Source: an uncultured Acidobacteriota bacterium (GTDB lineage Bacteria > Acidobacteriota > UBA6911). Taken from it: 64,000 nucleotides of DNA. The notes beneath the pieces are model-generated. The model saw nothing but the letters and a program-made list of their open reading frames with translations, had not been told where the DNA came from and made no database searches. Shown piece after piece: positions 49,416 to 57,653 of the stretch. The stretch spans positions 96,001-160,000 of the forward strand of contig CAWJKZ010000026.1 of assembly GCA_963843575.1 (NCBI GenBank). The letters run 5' to 3'. The translations under genes and the position numbers were made by a program. The stretch's first letter is position 1. Each line of letters opens with the position of its first letter.

Positions 49416-50354
49416 ATGAGATTCATAACGCTGGGCTTCTTTTTCGTACTGGCAGTCACGGTCGCTCTGGCCGTGGTGCAGGACGAGCCGGGCGACTCCG
49501 CGAAGCCCTACACCATGGCCGCCAGGGTCGAGATGGTGGCACTTGACCTCACCGTCGTCGATCGCCGCGGCTCTTTTGTTTCCGGTCTGACCGAAGGCGA
49601 TTTTCGGGTCCTCGAGGACGGCGTACCCCAGCAGATCAAGCTCTTCAGCCACGAGGACGTTCCGGTGACGATTGGCCTGGTCGTCGACAACAGCGGCAGC
49701 ATGCTCGAGAAACGATCGTATGTCATCGGCGCCGCGCTCGCGTTTGCGCAGTCCAGCAATCGTGACGACGAGCTTTTCGTAGTTCATTTCAACGACGACC
49801 TGGATTTCGGACTCGGGCCGGGCGTCGATTTTACGAGCGACGTCGGACAACTCAGGAAAGCCCTGTTGCGGTTGACGTGCGAAGGACGAACGGCGCTCTA
49901 TGACGCTCTCACTGCTGGGCTGCTGCACATTAGCAGGGGCCGGTACCAGAAAAAGGCGCTGCTGGTTGTGAGTGATGGACAGGATAACGTCAGCGGAACG
50001 GGTTTCGAAGAGGCGCTCGAGCTGGCCCGCCATTCCGGCGTTGTTATTTATACGATCGGGGCGTACAACCCCGTCACCGACCGGCACAACACCAAGGTGC
50101 TCAAGAAACTGGCCGACGTTACGGGGGGGCAGTTCTACTTTCCCTCGGGTCTGCCGCAGATTATCTCCCATTGCCGCCGCATCGCCAAAGGGATGCGCAC
50201 CAGCTACAGGGTCGGCTACTACTCGACCAACACCCGGCGCGACGGCGCATACCGCCATGTCGTCGTAACTGCCGGCCCACCAGCCAGAGGCAAACTTGCC
50301 GTGAAGGTACGCGAGGGGTACTATGCCCCTCCGCCGGACGGTTCCGGGAACTGA
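49416..50354 (+). CDS. VWA domain protein (acidobacterial type)
   Basis: VDRRGSFVSGLTEGDFRVLEDG, MIDAS DNSGS, TALYDA, SDGQD, TGG, YRVGY. Confidence 0.88.
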   Translation: MRFITLGFFFVLAVTVALAVVQDEPGDSAKPYTMAARVEMVALDLTVVDRRGSFVSGLTEGDFRVLEDGVPQQIKLFSHEDVPVTIGLVVDNSGSMLEKRSYVIGAALAFAQSSNRDDELFVVHFNDDLDFGLGPGVDFTSDVGQLRKALLRLTCEGRTALYDALTAGLLHISRGRYQKKALLVVSDGQDNVSGTGFEEALELARHSGVVIYTIGAYNPVTDRHNTKVLKKLADVTGGQFYFPSGLPQIISHCRRIAKGMRTSYRVGYYSTNTRRDGAYRHVVVTAGPPARGKLAVKVREGYYAPPPDGSGN

Positions 50355-50420
50355 AAGCGGGGGAAGATTTCCCGGCTTCTCTTGTCAATCCCGGCCCTCA
50401 AGCTATCCATCCCTTGTCGG

Positions 50421-50768
50421 TTACGCCCACGAATTGCGCCCCGCCGGAGAGCTCGACCTGCCTGCGGAGGGCCTCAGAGAGAACGGGATCACCGCAGCCG
50501 AAGTCAGGATGGCCGAGTGCTTGGTGGAGGCCATGGTCGGCGAGTGGGAGCCAGGCAAGTACCGGGATGAGTACCGCGACGACCTCATGGCCCTGACGAA
50601 GGGTTGATCAGGGCGACTCGGGCGGTCGAGGACGCTGAGGCGCCTAAGCCCAGAAGTTCTGCAAAGGTCGTAGACATCCTGGACCTGTTGAAGGAGAGCG
50701 TCCAGCGGGCGGATAAGGGAGAGCCCCGGGAAAGAAAAAAGCACGAGGGGCGGCGCATAGCCGGATAG
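50421..50768 (+). pseudogene. ku: Ku (NHEJ) C-terminal remnant
   Basis: YAHELR...EVRMAECLVEAMVGEWEPGKYRDEYRDDLMAL, then (shifted frame) AKVVDILDLLKESV; N-terminal two thirds missing. Confidence 0.75.
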
Positions 50769-50787
50769 CGCGCCTCCTTTGGCGGCC

Positions 50788-50803
50788 GGGGAATAAATTC
50801 CTG
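50788..50803 (+). promoter_or_regulatory. Candidate upstream activator site
   Basis: GGGGAATAAATTCCTG. Confidence 0.6.
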
Positions 50804-50865
50804 TCCCGGAACCTGGAAAGCCCGTTCCGTGAATGGAAGCGGTTGAATCCTGTGCATTTCACTCG

Positions 50866-50881
50866 TGGTACGGCTCTTGCG
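50866..50881 (+). promoter_or_regulatory. Sigma54 -24/-12 promoter
   Basis: TGGTACGGCTCTTGCG. Confidence 0.75.
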
Positions 50882-50996
50882 TCCCGTGCGTCGAGATTTT
50901 CTTGAGTTTAGTTGTGAAGGGCCATAGTCGGGTGTCACGAGGTGGCTGGTGTTGGAATGACGCCCGCCACGAGTTTCCTAAGGAAATGGGGGGATC

Positions 50997-51341
50997 ATGG
51001 ACGAGAGAGAAACCGTCAACCCGGGCAGTCCGGGCGAGTCTGGGGACGGACGTTCCTTCAAGGCATCCCGGTTCGAAGAGGCCAAGAGGACCGTGGCAGA
51101 CAAGCTCCACGACGCGGCCGGGGCGCTCAGGGGCAAGACAGCCGAGCCCAGTTCGGGCCTGGGCCGCTATGGCTACCAGGCATCCGACTGGCTCGACCGC
51201 TCCGCCGAGTATGTCCGCCGGTTCGATTACCAACGCGCTAACGCGCAGGTGAAAGACTACATCCGCGACAATCCGGGCCGGAGTCTGCTTATGGCGGGCG
51301 CGGCCGGCCTGATCATCGGAGCACTCGTCCGACGACGGTAG
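50997..51341 (+). CDS. ElaB/YqjD (DUF883)-like tail-anchored protein
   Basis: YIRDNPGRSLLMAGAAGLIIGALVRRR C-terminus. Confidence 0.8.
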   Translation: MDERETVNPGSPGESGDGRSFKASRFEEAKRTVADKLHDAAGALRGKTAEPSSGLGRYGYQASDWLDRSAEYVRRFDYQRANAQVKDYIRDNPGRSLLMAGAAGLIIGALVRRR

Positions 51342-51357
51342 AGGAGTATTGATTTTT

Positions 51358-51771
51358 ATGAATAGAGTGCTGACCAAAGAGGACGTACCTGTCCTGCAGC
51401 GGGAGTCGTTTGGCGAACTGCTCGGCCAGTTGGCCGGCCACTCGGCAGCGCTTGTCCGGGATGAGATCGAACTGGCGAGGCAGGAAACACGCGAGAAGTT
51501 GCGTTCTCTGAGCAGCGGCGCGATCACCCTTGGAGTCGGGGTGGCCCTGGTCTGGATGGCTCTTCTGACGTTGTGCGCTGCCCTCGTGGTCGGCCTTTCC
51601 GCCCACATGGGCCCGGGACTGGCCGCGCTGGCTACCGGGTTGGGGCTCGCAGTGATCGGTGGGGCCATTGGCTTCGTCGGGTTCCACCGTTTGAAGAAAA
51701 CCGGGCTTACACCGAAGAAAACGATACGGTCGCTGAAGGAGAATAAGGAATGGCTGAAAGAGATGACCTGA
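51358..51771 (+). CDS. YqjE/DUF1469 holin-like membrane protein
   Basis: SFGELLGQL...LVRDEIELARQE, two TM helices, PKKTIRSLKENKEWL. Confidence 0.85.
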   Translation: MNRVLTKEDVPVLQRESFGELLGQLAGHSAALVRDEIELARQETREKLRSLSSGAITLGVGVALVWMALLTLCAALVVGLSAHMGPGLAALATGLGLAVIGGAIGFVGFHRLKKTGLTPKKTIRSLKENKEWLKEMT

Positions 51772-52259
51772 AACTCAATGCCGAACGAAGCACAGACGCG
51801 ATCCGCCGCGACATCGCGGCAAAGCGGGAAACGATCTCCGAGACCGTCGACAGGCTGGGCGAGCGCATTCAGGAGAAGCTCGATTGGCGAGGCTACGTCT
51901 CCGAATACCCCTACTGGGCCATTGGTGCGGCGGCGGGACTGGGCTTTGTCGCGTCCCAGTTGATGCGCCGGCGTGCCTCTCCGCTCGACAGGATTTCCTA
52001 TGCGGTCAAAGACACGGTCGAGGAATTGGGGGACCAGGTCCGGCATGCACTGGGCGGGGCCCTCGTTAGGGCGAGCGGGCGCGGCCTGGTGAAAGGCACG
52101 CTCTACGGGATGGCTACCAAGATCGCCGTCGATTGGCTGAAGGGGGCGGCATCCAACGCGCTGAGTTCAGGCAACCACGACGAATCCGCGCGACCGACGC
52201 CCTCCGCAGCGAACGCGTGGGCGCACAATCCAGAACCAAGCTCCACCAGGCCAATCTAG
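51750..52259 (+). CDS. DUF3618-like protein
   Basis: DAIRRDIAAKRETISETVDRLGER, YPYWAIGAAAGLGF; overlaps the YqjE stop. Confidence 0.75.
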   Translation: MAERDDLKLNAERSTDAIRRDIAAKRETISETVDRLGERIQEKLDWRGYVSEYPYWAIGAAAGLGFVASQLMRRRASPLDRISYAVKDTVEELGDQVRHALGGALVRASGRGLVKGTLYGMATKIAVDWLKGAASNALSSGNHDESARPTPSAANAWAHNPEPSSTRPI

Positions 52260-52289
52260 GTCTGACGGACTTACTGACGAGGAGGAACT

Positions 52290-52637
52290 ATGGACGCTGA
52301 AAACACCAACCCCGATCCTAACCGGCAAATCGCGGCCGGCCCCGGCAGCACCAACCCGCGAGATCTCCTCAACCGCGGCAGCGATGTCTACAACCAGACC
52401 AAACAGACCGTGAGCCAGGCGTACGACCGAACCGCACGGAAGCTGAGCCAGGGGTACGACCAGGCGATCAGCTACGGACGCGACAATCCAGGAACAGTGA
52501 CGCTGGTCGCATTCGGTGCCGGGTTTGCCCTGGGATTGCTTCTGTCCGGGACACGCCGCAGCCGCACAAGCCGGTACGCCGAGCCTATCGTCAACGTGCT
52601 TTCCGACATCGCTCTCGATTTCGTACGCCATCGCTGA
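52290..52637 (+). CDS. ElaB/YqjD-like membrane-anchored protein
   Basis: GAGGAGG RBS; YGRDNPGTVTLVAFGAGFALGLLL. Confidence 0.7.
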   Translation: MDAENTNPDPNRQIAAGPGSTNPRDLLNRGSDVYNQTKQTVSQAYDRTARKLSQGYDQAISYGRDNPGTVTLVAFGAGFALGLLLSGTRRSRTSRYAEPIVNVLSDIALDFVRHR

Positions 52638-52649
52638 GCCCAAACGAAA

Positions 52650-52676
52650 CGAGGCGCCCGGTTGCCGGGCGCCTCG
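52650..52676. terminator. Hairpin between convergent operons
   Basis: CGAGGCGCCCGG-TTG-CCGGGCGCCTCG. Confidence 0.7.
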
Positions 52677-52707
52677 CGCAATCTCCCAACACAAATCTCG
52701 TCACAGG

Positions 52708-52929
52708 CTATTGTGCCGGCACGTGCCGGTCGTCGAACGTGCCAATCCGCTCCTCTACTTCCCGTTCTGCCCGTTCCTTGTTGTATCCATACCGCTCCTG
52801 GATCTTCCCAATGAGCCGGTCCTTGGACCCGGCGATCTGGTCGAAGTCGTCCTCGGTTAGACGACCCCACCATATCTTCAGGTCGCCCTTCATCTGTTTC
52901 CATTTTCCCTTCAGGATGTCACTGTTCAT
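52708..52929 (-). CDS. CsbD/YjbJ family stress protein
   Basis: MNSDILKGKWKQMKG...WGRLTEDD...GKIQERYG. Confidence 0.92.
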   Translation of the reverse strand: MNSDILKGKWKQMKGDLKIWWGRLTEDDFDQIAGSKDRLIGKIQERYGYNKERAEREVEERIGTFDDRHVPAQ

Positions 52930-52980
52930 CCCCGATGCCCTCCTTGCATTCATTTCGAAGCTCCCCGCTCTACCGCGTAC

Positions 52981-53166
52981 TCACGAACGGGTAAGCACTT
53001 CTTCCGGCCGGTCCACGAACAAGTCCGCGTCCCGATCCCGAGAAAGCTGATACACGGCGTCGAAGCACGCATCGCAAAAATCCAAGTGATCGAGAACTGC
53101 GAGTTGATCGTCGAGTTCGAGCCGCTTGTCGAGGTATTCGACCAGTTTGTCAAAGTCGCATTTCAT
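52981..53166 (-). CDS. Stand-alone zf-HC2 (ZAS) zinc-finger protein
   Basis: MKC...EYLD...HLDFCDAC (HxxxCxxC); 61 aa. Confidence 0.7.
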   Translation of the reverse strand: MKCDFDKLVEYLDKRLELDDQLAVLDHLDFCDACFDAVYQLSRDRDADLFVDRPEEVLTRS

Positions 53167-53218
53167 CGCCCACCCCCTGTCGTGCCGGCCGGGAGCCGTC
53201 ACCGTCTGTCGCCCGCTT

Positions 53219-53368
53219 CTATACCACCCTGCGCCCGCTGATGAGCTGGAACACCACGGCTACGATCGCAAGGACCAGCAGGATGTGGATGAACCCGCCA
53301 AGCGTGTAGGACGTGGCAATACCCAAGAGCCAAAGCACCAGCAGAATCACGAAAATCGTCCAAAGCAT
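53219..53368 (-). CDS. lmo0937 family (DUF5670) small membrane protein; not in the supplied ORF track
   Basis: Hand translation MLWTIFVILLVLWLLGIATSYTLGGFIHILLVLAIVAVVFQLISGRRVV*. Confidence 0.9.
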   Translation of the reverse strand: MLWTIFVILLVLWLLGIATSYTLGGFIHILLVLAIVAVVFQLISGRRVV

Positions 53369-53457
53369 CTATACCACCCCCCCCTGTTTCAGAATTCCTA
53401 CGGCGCCGAACCGACAGCGGGTGCAGCGCTGAACGGCTTCGCCGTCACCGCAAGGTA

Positions 53458-53473
53458 TGCAATTAGAGAACCA
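53458..53473 (-). promoter_or_regulatory. Sigma54 -24/-12 promoter
   Basis: Minus strand TGGTTCTCTAATTGCA. Confidence 0.7.
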
Positions 53474-53569
53474 GATGAAACAACTGGCACGCAGCCGCGG
53501 TAGCCCCCCAAAATCAAAGGCCCTGATGCTGGCGCGCCTGTGACGGGAGGCGTAGTAACCACTCGCGGA

Positions 53570-53585
53570 CGAGGAAAGATTCCCC
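53570..53585 (-). promoter_or_regulatory. Candidate upstream activator site
   Basis: Minus strand GGGGAATCTTTCCTCG. Confidence 0.55.
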
Positions 53586-53692
53586 ATGGTGACGGGACAC
53601 CGGCGGACGCGGCAAACCGGACGTACGGTCCCGCGACAACGCCGTGCTGAACGGCGCTTGGGGGAGACATTGTCAGGTATTTTTTGCGCATT

Positions 53693-54180
53693 TCAGCGCA
53701 CTACCTCCGCGCCGCAAGCATCCAGGATTTTGTGGGCGATACCCTTTCGGTCCGCATGCGCATAGACACCGACGAGCATTGCCCCTTTTACGAGCTCTTC
53801 GTTGTAGAACCTAGCTTCGTGCTCGGGTATGCCCAGCCCGACGAGGGCGCCGGTCAAGCCGCCGGCGGCTGCGCCAGCTCCGACCCCGGCGAGCACCGCA
53901 ACGACGGGCCCCGCGGCGAGCAGTGCGAGTCCGGGGATTGCGATTGTTCCGAGAGCGACCAGGCCTGCGGCGACGCCGCCAAGTACGCTCCGACGGTGGC
54001 GCCCGTGGCCGCGCCTTCGGGTGCCTTTGTGGACATTTCGAGACCAAACTCGCGACCTCGCGTCGCCTCCGTCATAAGAAGGCTGATATCGTCACGCGAG
54101 AAGCCTGCGCGCATCAGGTCGTCGATCGCGCGTTCCGCCGCTTCCCGTGTTTTGAAGATCCCTGATACCAAGACTGCCAC
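53693..54180 (-). CDS. General stress protein (YflT/17M-like, glycine-rich), one frameshift
   Basis: GIFKTREAAERAIDDL..GFSRDDISLL, GALVGLGIPEHEARFY; GGAGGAG RBS. Confidence 0.8.
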
Positions 54181-54216
54181 CTTCTGCTCCTCCTGTCTGA
54201 TGATTTAAAACCGGGG

Positions 54217-54405
54217 TTAATCGGCTGCGGGTTTTGTGGGGTCAAGTGTCGCCAACAGATCGCGCAATTCGTCGGCGTGCTCCTCCTCGTTGGCGAGCAC
54301 CTCCTCCATGATCCGCCTGAATGTGATGTCGTCGTCGCCGAGGAAACGGATGAACCGGTTCAGGACCGGGATCACCTCCTGCGTGGATTTCGTCAGGTTC
54401 TTCAT
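54217..54405 (-). pseudogene. Internally deleted ferritin-like (bacterioferritin/Dps-like) gene
   Basis: N-terminal QEVIPVLN joined directly to C-terminal IRFLGDDDITFRRIMEEVLANEEEHADEL; only 62 aa. Confidence 0.65.
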
Positions 54406-54564
54406 ATCTCTCCGAAAGCGGCTCTCCCAAAACGGCGTCACCAGGATGGCAAAACGACTGCCGGGGCGCGGCCGGGGAGGAAGGGGGGTCACAAGACTCC
54501 TCGCAGGGATCGACCCGTGGTACCTATGCCGCTCCGGCGCTCACAGGAAGCCATTGTTCCCCAC

Positions 54565-54580
54565 GGCAATTCTCAGGCCA
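54565..54580 (-). promoter_or_regulatory. Sigma54 -24/-12 promoter
   Basis: Minus strand TGGCCTGAGAATTGCC. Confidence 0.72.
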
Positions 54581-54663
54581 AAATGGGGCAGAGGTATCGA
54601 TTTACTCCAGGGCTGAGATTCCCAGTAAGGTCAGGGGCGGCTCCCGGATGCATCCGGGGATTT

Positions 54664-54694
54664 CGAGGAGAGTTGCCCCTGGAAAAGTTTCCCC
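54664..54694 (-). promoter_or_regulatory. Tandem candidate upstream activator sites
   Basis: Minus strand GGGGAAACTTTTCCAG followed by GGGGCAACTCTCCTCG. Confidence 0.55.
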
Positions 54695-54736
54695 GGGGAC
54701 CTGTCCGTTGTTGCGGGCAATCTGAGGTGATGAAAT

Positions 54737-54780
54737 GGCGGCGGCGGCGCGCCGCCGTTGGCGTGGTGCGCGCCGCCGCC
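54737..54780 (-). terminator. GC-rich hairpin after the SOD gene
   Basis: GGCGGCGGCGCGC...GCGCGCCGCCGCC. Confidence 0.55.
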
Positions 54781-54801
54781 TTCCTTCCGAATAGCCGGGT
54801 G

Positions 54802-55422
54802 TCAGCCGCGGGCCGAGCTCTTCAAGCGCTGGTCAAGGACAGACCAATCGATATTCGAGAAAAAGGCCTCGATGTACTTCGGGCGCTCGGCGGGTTTGTA
54901 ATCGAGGAGGAACGCATGCTCCCAGACGTCCATAATGAGGACGGGGGCGTATCCGGCGACATTTCCGGTCTCGTGCAACGTGATCCAGTGGTTGGATATG
55001 CGGTTGGACGCCAGGTCGAGATAGCAGGCGGCCCAGCCGACGCCGCGCATCTGGCCCACCCCCACGAAGTCTGCCTTCCAGCGTTCGTAGCTGCCGAAGG
55101 TCGACTCGGCGGCCGCACGGAACGCGGAATTCGCCTCCGGCGCTCCGCCCCCGCCCTTTTTGAGGTTTCCGAAATAGTACTCGTGCAGCACCATGCCGTT
55201 GTATTCGAAGCCGAGCCGGCGCGTCAGTTCCGAATAGGAGATCATCTGTTCGGCTGCAATGCCATCGTTGCCGAGCAGTGCGGCGATTTTTTCGTTCAGT
55301 GTGTTGGTGTTCTTGACGTACCCCTGGTAAAGCCCAAAGTGCGTTTCCAGCGTCCGGTCCGATATGCCGTTTAGCCCGCTCAGGTTGAACGTCTTCGGTT
55401 TGTAGGTCACAGTACCTGCCAT
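54802..55422 (-). CDS. Fe/Mn superoxide dismutase family protein
   Basis: ETHFGLYQGY, LHEYYF, DVWEHAF metal ligands. Confidence 0.9.
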   Translation of the reverse strand: MAGTVTYKPKTFNLSGLNGISDRTLETHFGLYQGYVKNTNTLNEKIAALLGNDGIAAEQMISYSELTRRLGFEYNGMVLHEYYFGNLKKGGGGAPEANSAFRAAAESTFGSYERWKADFVGVGQMRGVGWAACYLDLASNRISNHWITLHETGNVAGYAPVLIMDVWEHAFLLDYKPAERPKYIEAFFSNIDWSVLDQRLKSSARG

Positions 55423-55515
55423 TTGTTCCCCCCTTGTTTGGTAGTGCTGAATACCCGCGAACGCTGCCTGCGCGCCGCGGGCCTGCAAATGGATCAGTTT
55501 GATGCGAATTCCGGC

Positions 55516-56970
55516 TCAGTTGCCTGTCACCGGGCCGTTGCCCAGAGCGTACAATTCGCCCCGGTTCATGATGAACAGGACGCCGTTGGCCGGCACGGGC
55601 GTGGAGTAGACGGAACTGCCCATCGAGTTTTCCGCAAGGACCTTGAGTTCCTTGCCGGCTTGAAGCACGGCGACATCCCCGTCTTCGTCCCCCAGGTAAA
55701 CCCTTCCGTCCGCTACGAGCGGGGATCCCCACACGGCCGCCAGCATGTCATGCACCCAGAAAGGCTTCCCGGTCTGCGCATCAAGGCAGTGGAGGAACCC
55801 GCTGAAGTCGGCGATGTAAACGAGTCCACCTGCAACGGCCGCGGTGGAAATGGTACGCCGTATCTTTTCGTAATGCCAGACTTGGCCTGTCTCGGTGATG
55901 TCCCCTTTGCCGGACGGGTCGATGCAGTACATGTGCCCCATTCCCTCGCCCTGCTCGGGATCCTGCCCCGTGCCCATGAAGATGCGGTCCTGATGAAACA
56001 CAGGGGTGGCGATCCCGTCGTTGCGTGATTTCGGCGACACGGCAGCTTTCGGGTTAAGGTCGAACTTCCACAACGGTGCGCCGGTGAGAGCATCGAATCC
56101 GTAAAGCCAGCCGTCGCCGCCGGGGAAGAACGCCTGCATGGTTCCGTTCACCATTCCCAGCGCAGGGGACGACCACTGCCCGTTCATGATCTTGTCCCCG
56201 GGAGAGTTGTCCTTCCAGACCAGCTTACCCGTCTTTTTGTTCACTGCGATGAAACTTGGGGCCTGTGGCGCGGGCACGCGCGCGTGGTCCTCGTCGATTC
56301 CGTTGGAGGTCTCCACGAATACGAGATCGCCGTGCATTGCCGGGGACGAGTTGGCCATATTGTGCTGCCGGACGCCGAGTTCCTTCATCATGTCGAGCGA
56401 CCAGACTATGTCGGCATCGATCGTCGATTTCAATTTCTCGGCGTCGAAAGGTCCGTCGTTTTCCCCGTCAAGAAAACCTTCGACGTCGAGGCAGACGAGC
56501 TCACCCCGGTTGGTGACGTAGTAAAGACGGTCGGCGTCGACCAGGGGCGACGAGCAGATCCCCTGGGAGGGCCAGTCGTTTGCGGCCCCCGTTTCGAGCT
56601 TGTCCGACACGGCCTGCCACAGGAACTTGCCGTCGGCCTCGCGAAAGCACATCAGGATGCCCTTGTCCCCCTCGACCGCCGGGTTCCGGGGATTGTCGTT
56701 GTTGGTCCCAGCGAAGATTTTCCCCCCGGACACCACGGGGTTGCCGTAGCTGGTGCTTCCCAGCGTGGCCTTCCACTTGATGCTCCTGCCGGATTTTATA
56801 TCCCAGGAGACCGGGAGCCCCGTCTGTCCGGAAACCATGTTTCGCTGAGGAGTTCCGCCCCACATGGGCCAGTCCTGCGACGAGACGGGCAGCACCGCGG
56901 CGGCGAAGAGTGCCGATAGGATACAGACCAGGGATGTCGCTTCAGTCGACTGCAGCAGACGCATTTTCAT
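55516..56970 (-). CDS. Secreted PQQ-binding-like beta-propeller protein
   Basis: Signal peptide, DWPMWGGTPQRN, repeated SSP/TG..W blades. Confidence 0.85.
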   Translation of the reverse strand: MKMRLLQSTEATSLVCILSALFAAAVLPVSSQDWPMWGGTPQRNMVSGQTGLPVSWDIKSGRSIKWKATLGSTSYGNPVVSGGKIFAGTNNDNPRNPAVEGDKGILMCFREADGKFLWQAVSDKLETGAANDWPSQGICSSPLVDADRLYYVTNRGELVCLDVEGFLDGENDGPFDAEKLKSTIDADIVWSLDMMKELGVRQHNMANSSPAMHGDLVFVETSNGIDEDHARVPAPQAPSFIAVNKKTGKLVWKDNSPGDKIMNGQWSSPALGMVNGTMQAFFPGGDGWLYGFDALTGAPLWKFDLNPKAAVSPKSRNDGIATPVFHQDRIFMGTGQDPEQGEGMGHMYCIDPSGKGDITETGQVWHYEKIRRTISTAAVAGGLVYIADFSGFLHCLDAQTGKPFWVHDMLAAVWGSPLVADGRVYLGDEDGDVAVLQAGKELKVLAENSMGSSVYSTPVPANGVLFIMNRGELYALGNGPVTGN

Positions 56971-57065
56971 CACCCACTCCTCGGGTCGGGAAGCATATGT
57001 CATGGCCCCGGTCGTTTCAAGGTCGCGCGGCCGTCGTTGCCAAAATCGGACCGCCCGAAATCCGA

Positions 57066-57653
57066 TTAGAGGGGGCCGATTTCGAGCAGGAAATCGCGGA
57101 TGATGCGGGCCGTGAGGCCCCAGATGACATGCGGGCCATAGGTGAAGTGGTAAACGTCCAGGGGCTGCCCCAGCCGGATATTCCTCTCGACCCGGAGGAG
57201 GGCCGGGTCGAGGAAAACGCGGAAGGGGACCGTAAGGATTTCGGCGACTTCACGCGCCTGTGGGATCGTCTCAATCGGCTCGGTCAGGTAGCCCGCGAAC
57301 GGGGTTACGAGGAATCCAGTGATGGATAGATAGTCGCGGAAGCGCCCGAGCAACTCGATCTTCGATTCTTCGATCCCGATCTCCTCGTAGGTCTCCCGGA
57401 TCGCTGTCCTCAGCAGCGGTTCGTTTCCCTCGCGCATTCCGCCGGGAAAGGAGATCTGACCCTTGTGGGTCTCCACCTCCTCGGTTCTTCGCGTCAGCAG
57501 GAAGTGCGGTTCCCCTCCGCGCTCGAAAACGGGCATGAGTACGGCTGCCTCGCGGCTGAAGCCCTCGATTTCATTGCCCGACTGGAGCGACGAGAGCCGT
57601 CCCCGTATCCGGTGCTTCAGTCCGATCGAGGGGCCGCCGGTACCGCCGTTCAT
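57066..57653 (-). CDS. CoA pyrophosphatase (Nudix)
   Basis: LLTRR...HKGQISFPGG, AIRETYEEIG, IWGLTARI. Confidence 0.9.
   Translation of the reverse strand: MNGGTGGPSIGLKHRIRGRLSSLQSGNEIEGFSREAAVLMPVFERGGEPHFLLTRRTEEVETHKGQISFPGGMREGNEPLLRTAIRETYEEIGIEESKIELLGRFRDYLSITGFLVTPFAGYLTEPIETIPQAREVAEILTVPFRVFLDPALLRVERNIRLGQPLDVYHFTYGPHVIWGLTARIIRDFLLEIGPL

Noticed and set aside
51358-51771. 'Phage holin' annotation implying a prophage
   Set aside because: YqjE/DUF1469 proteins are standard members of elaB-yqjE-DUF3618 stress operons; no phage genes nearby
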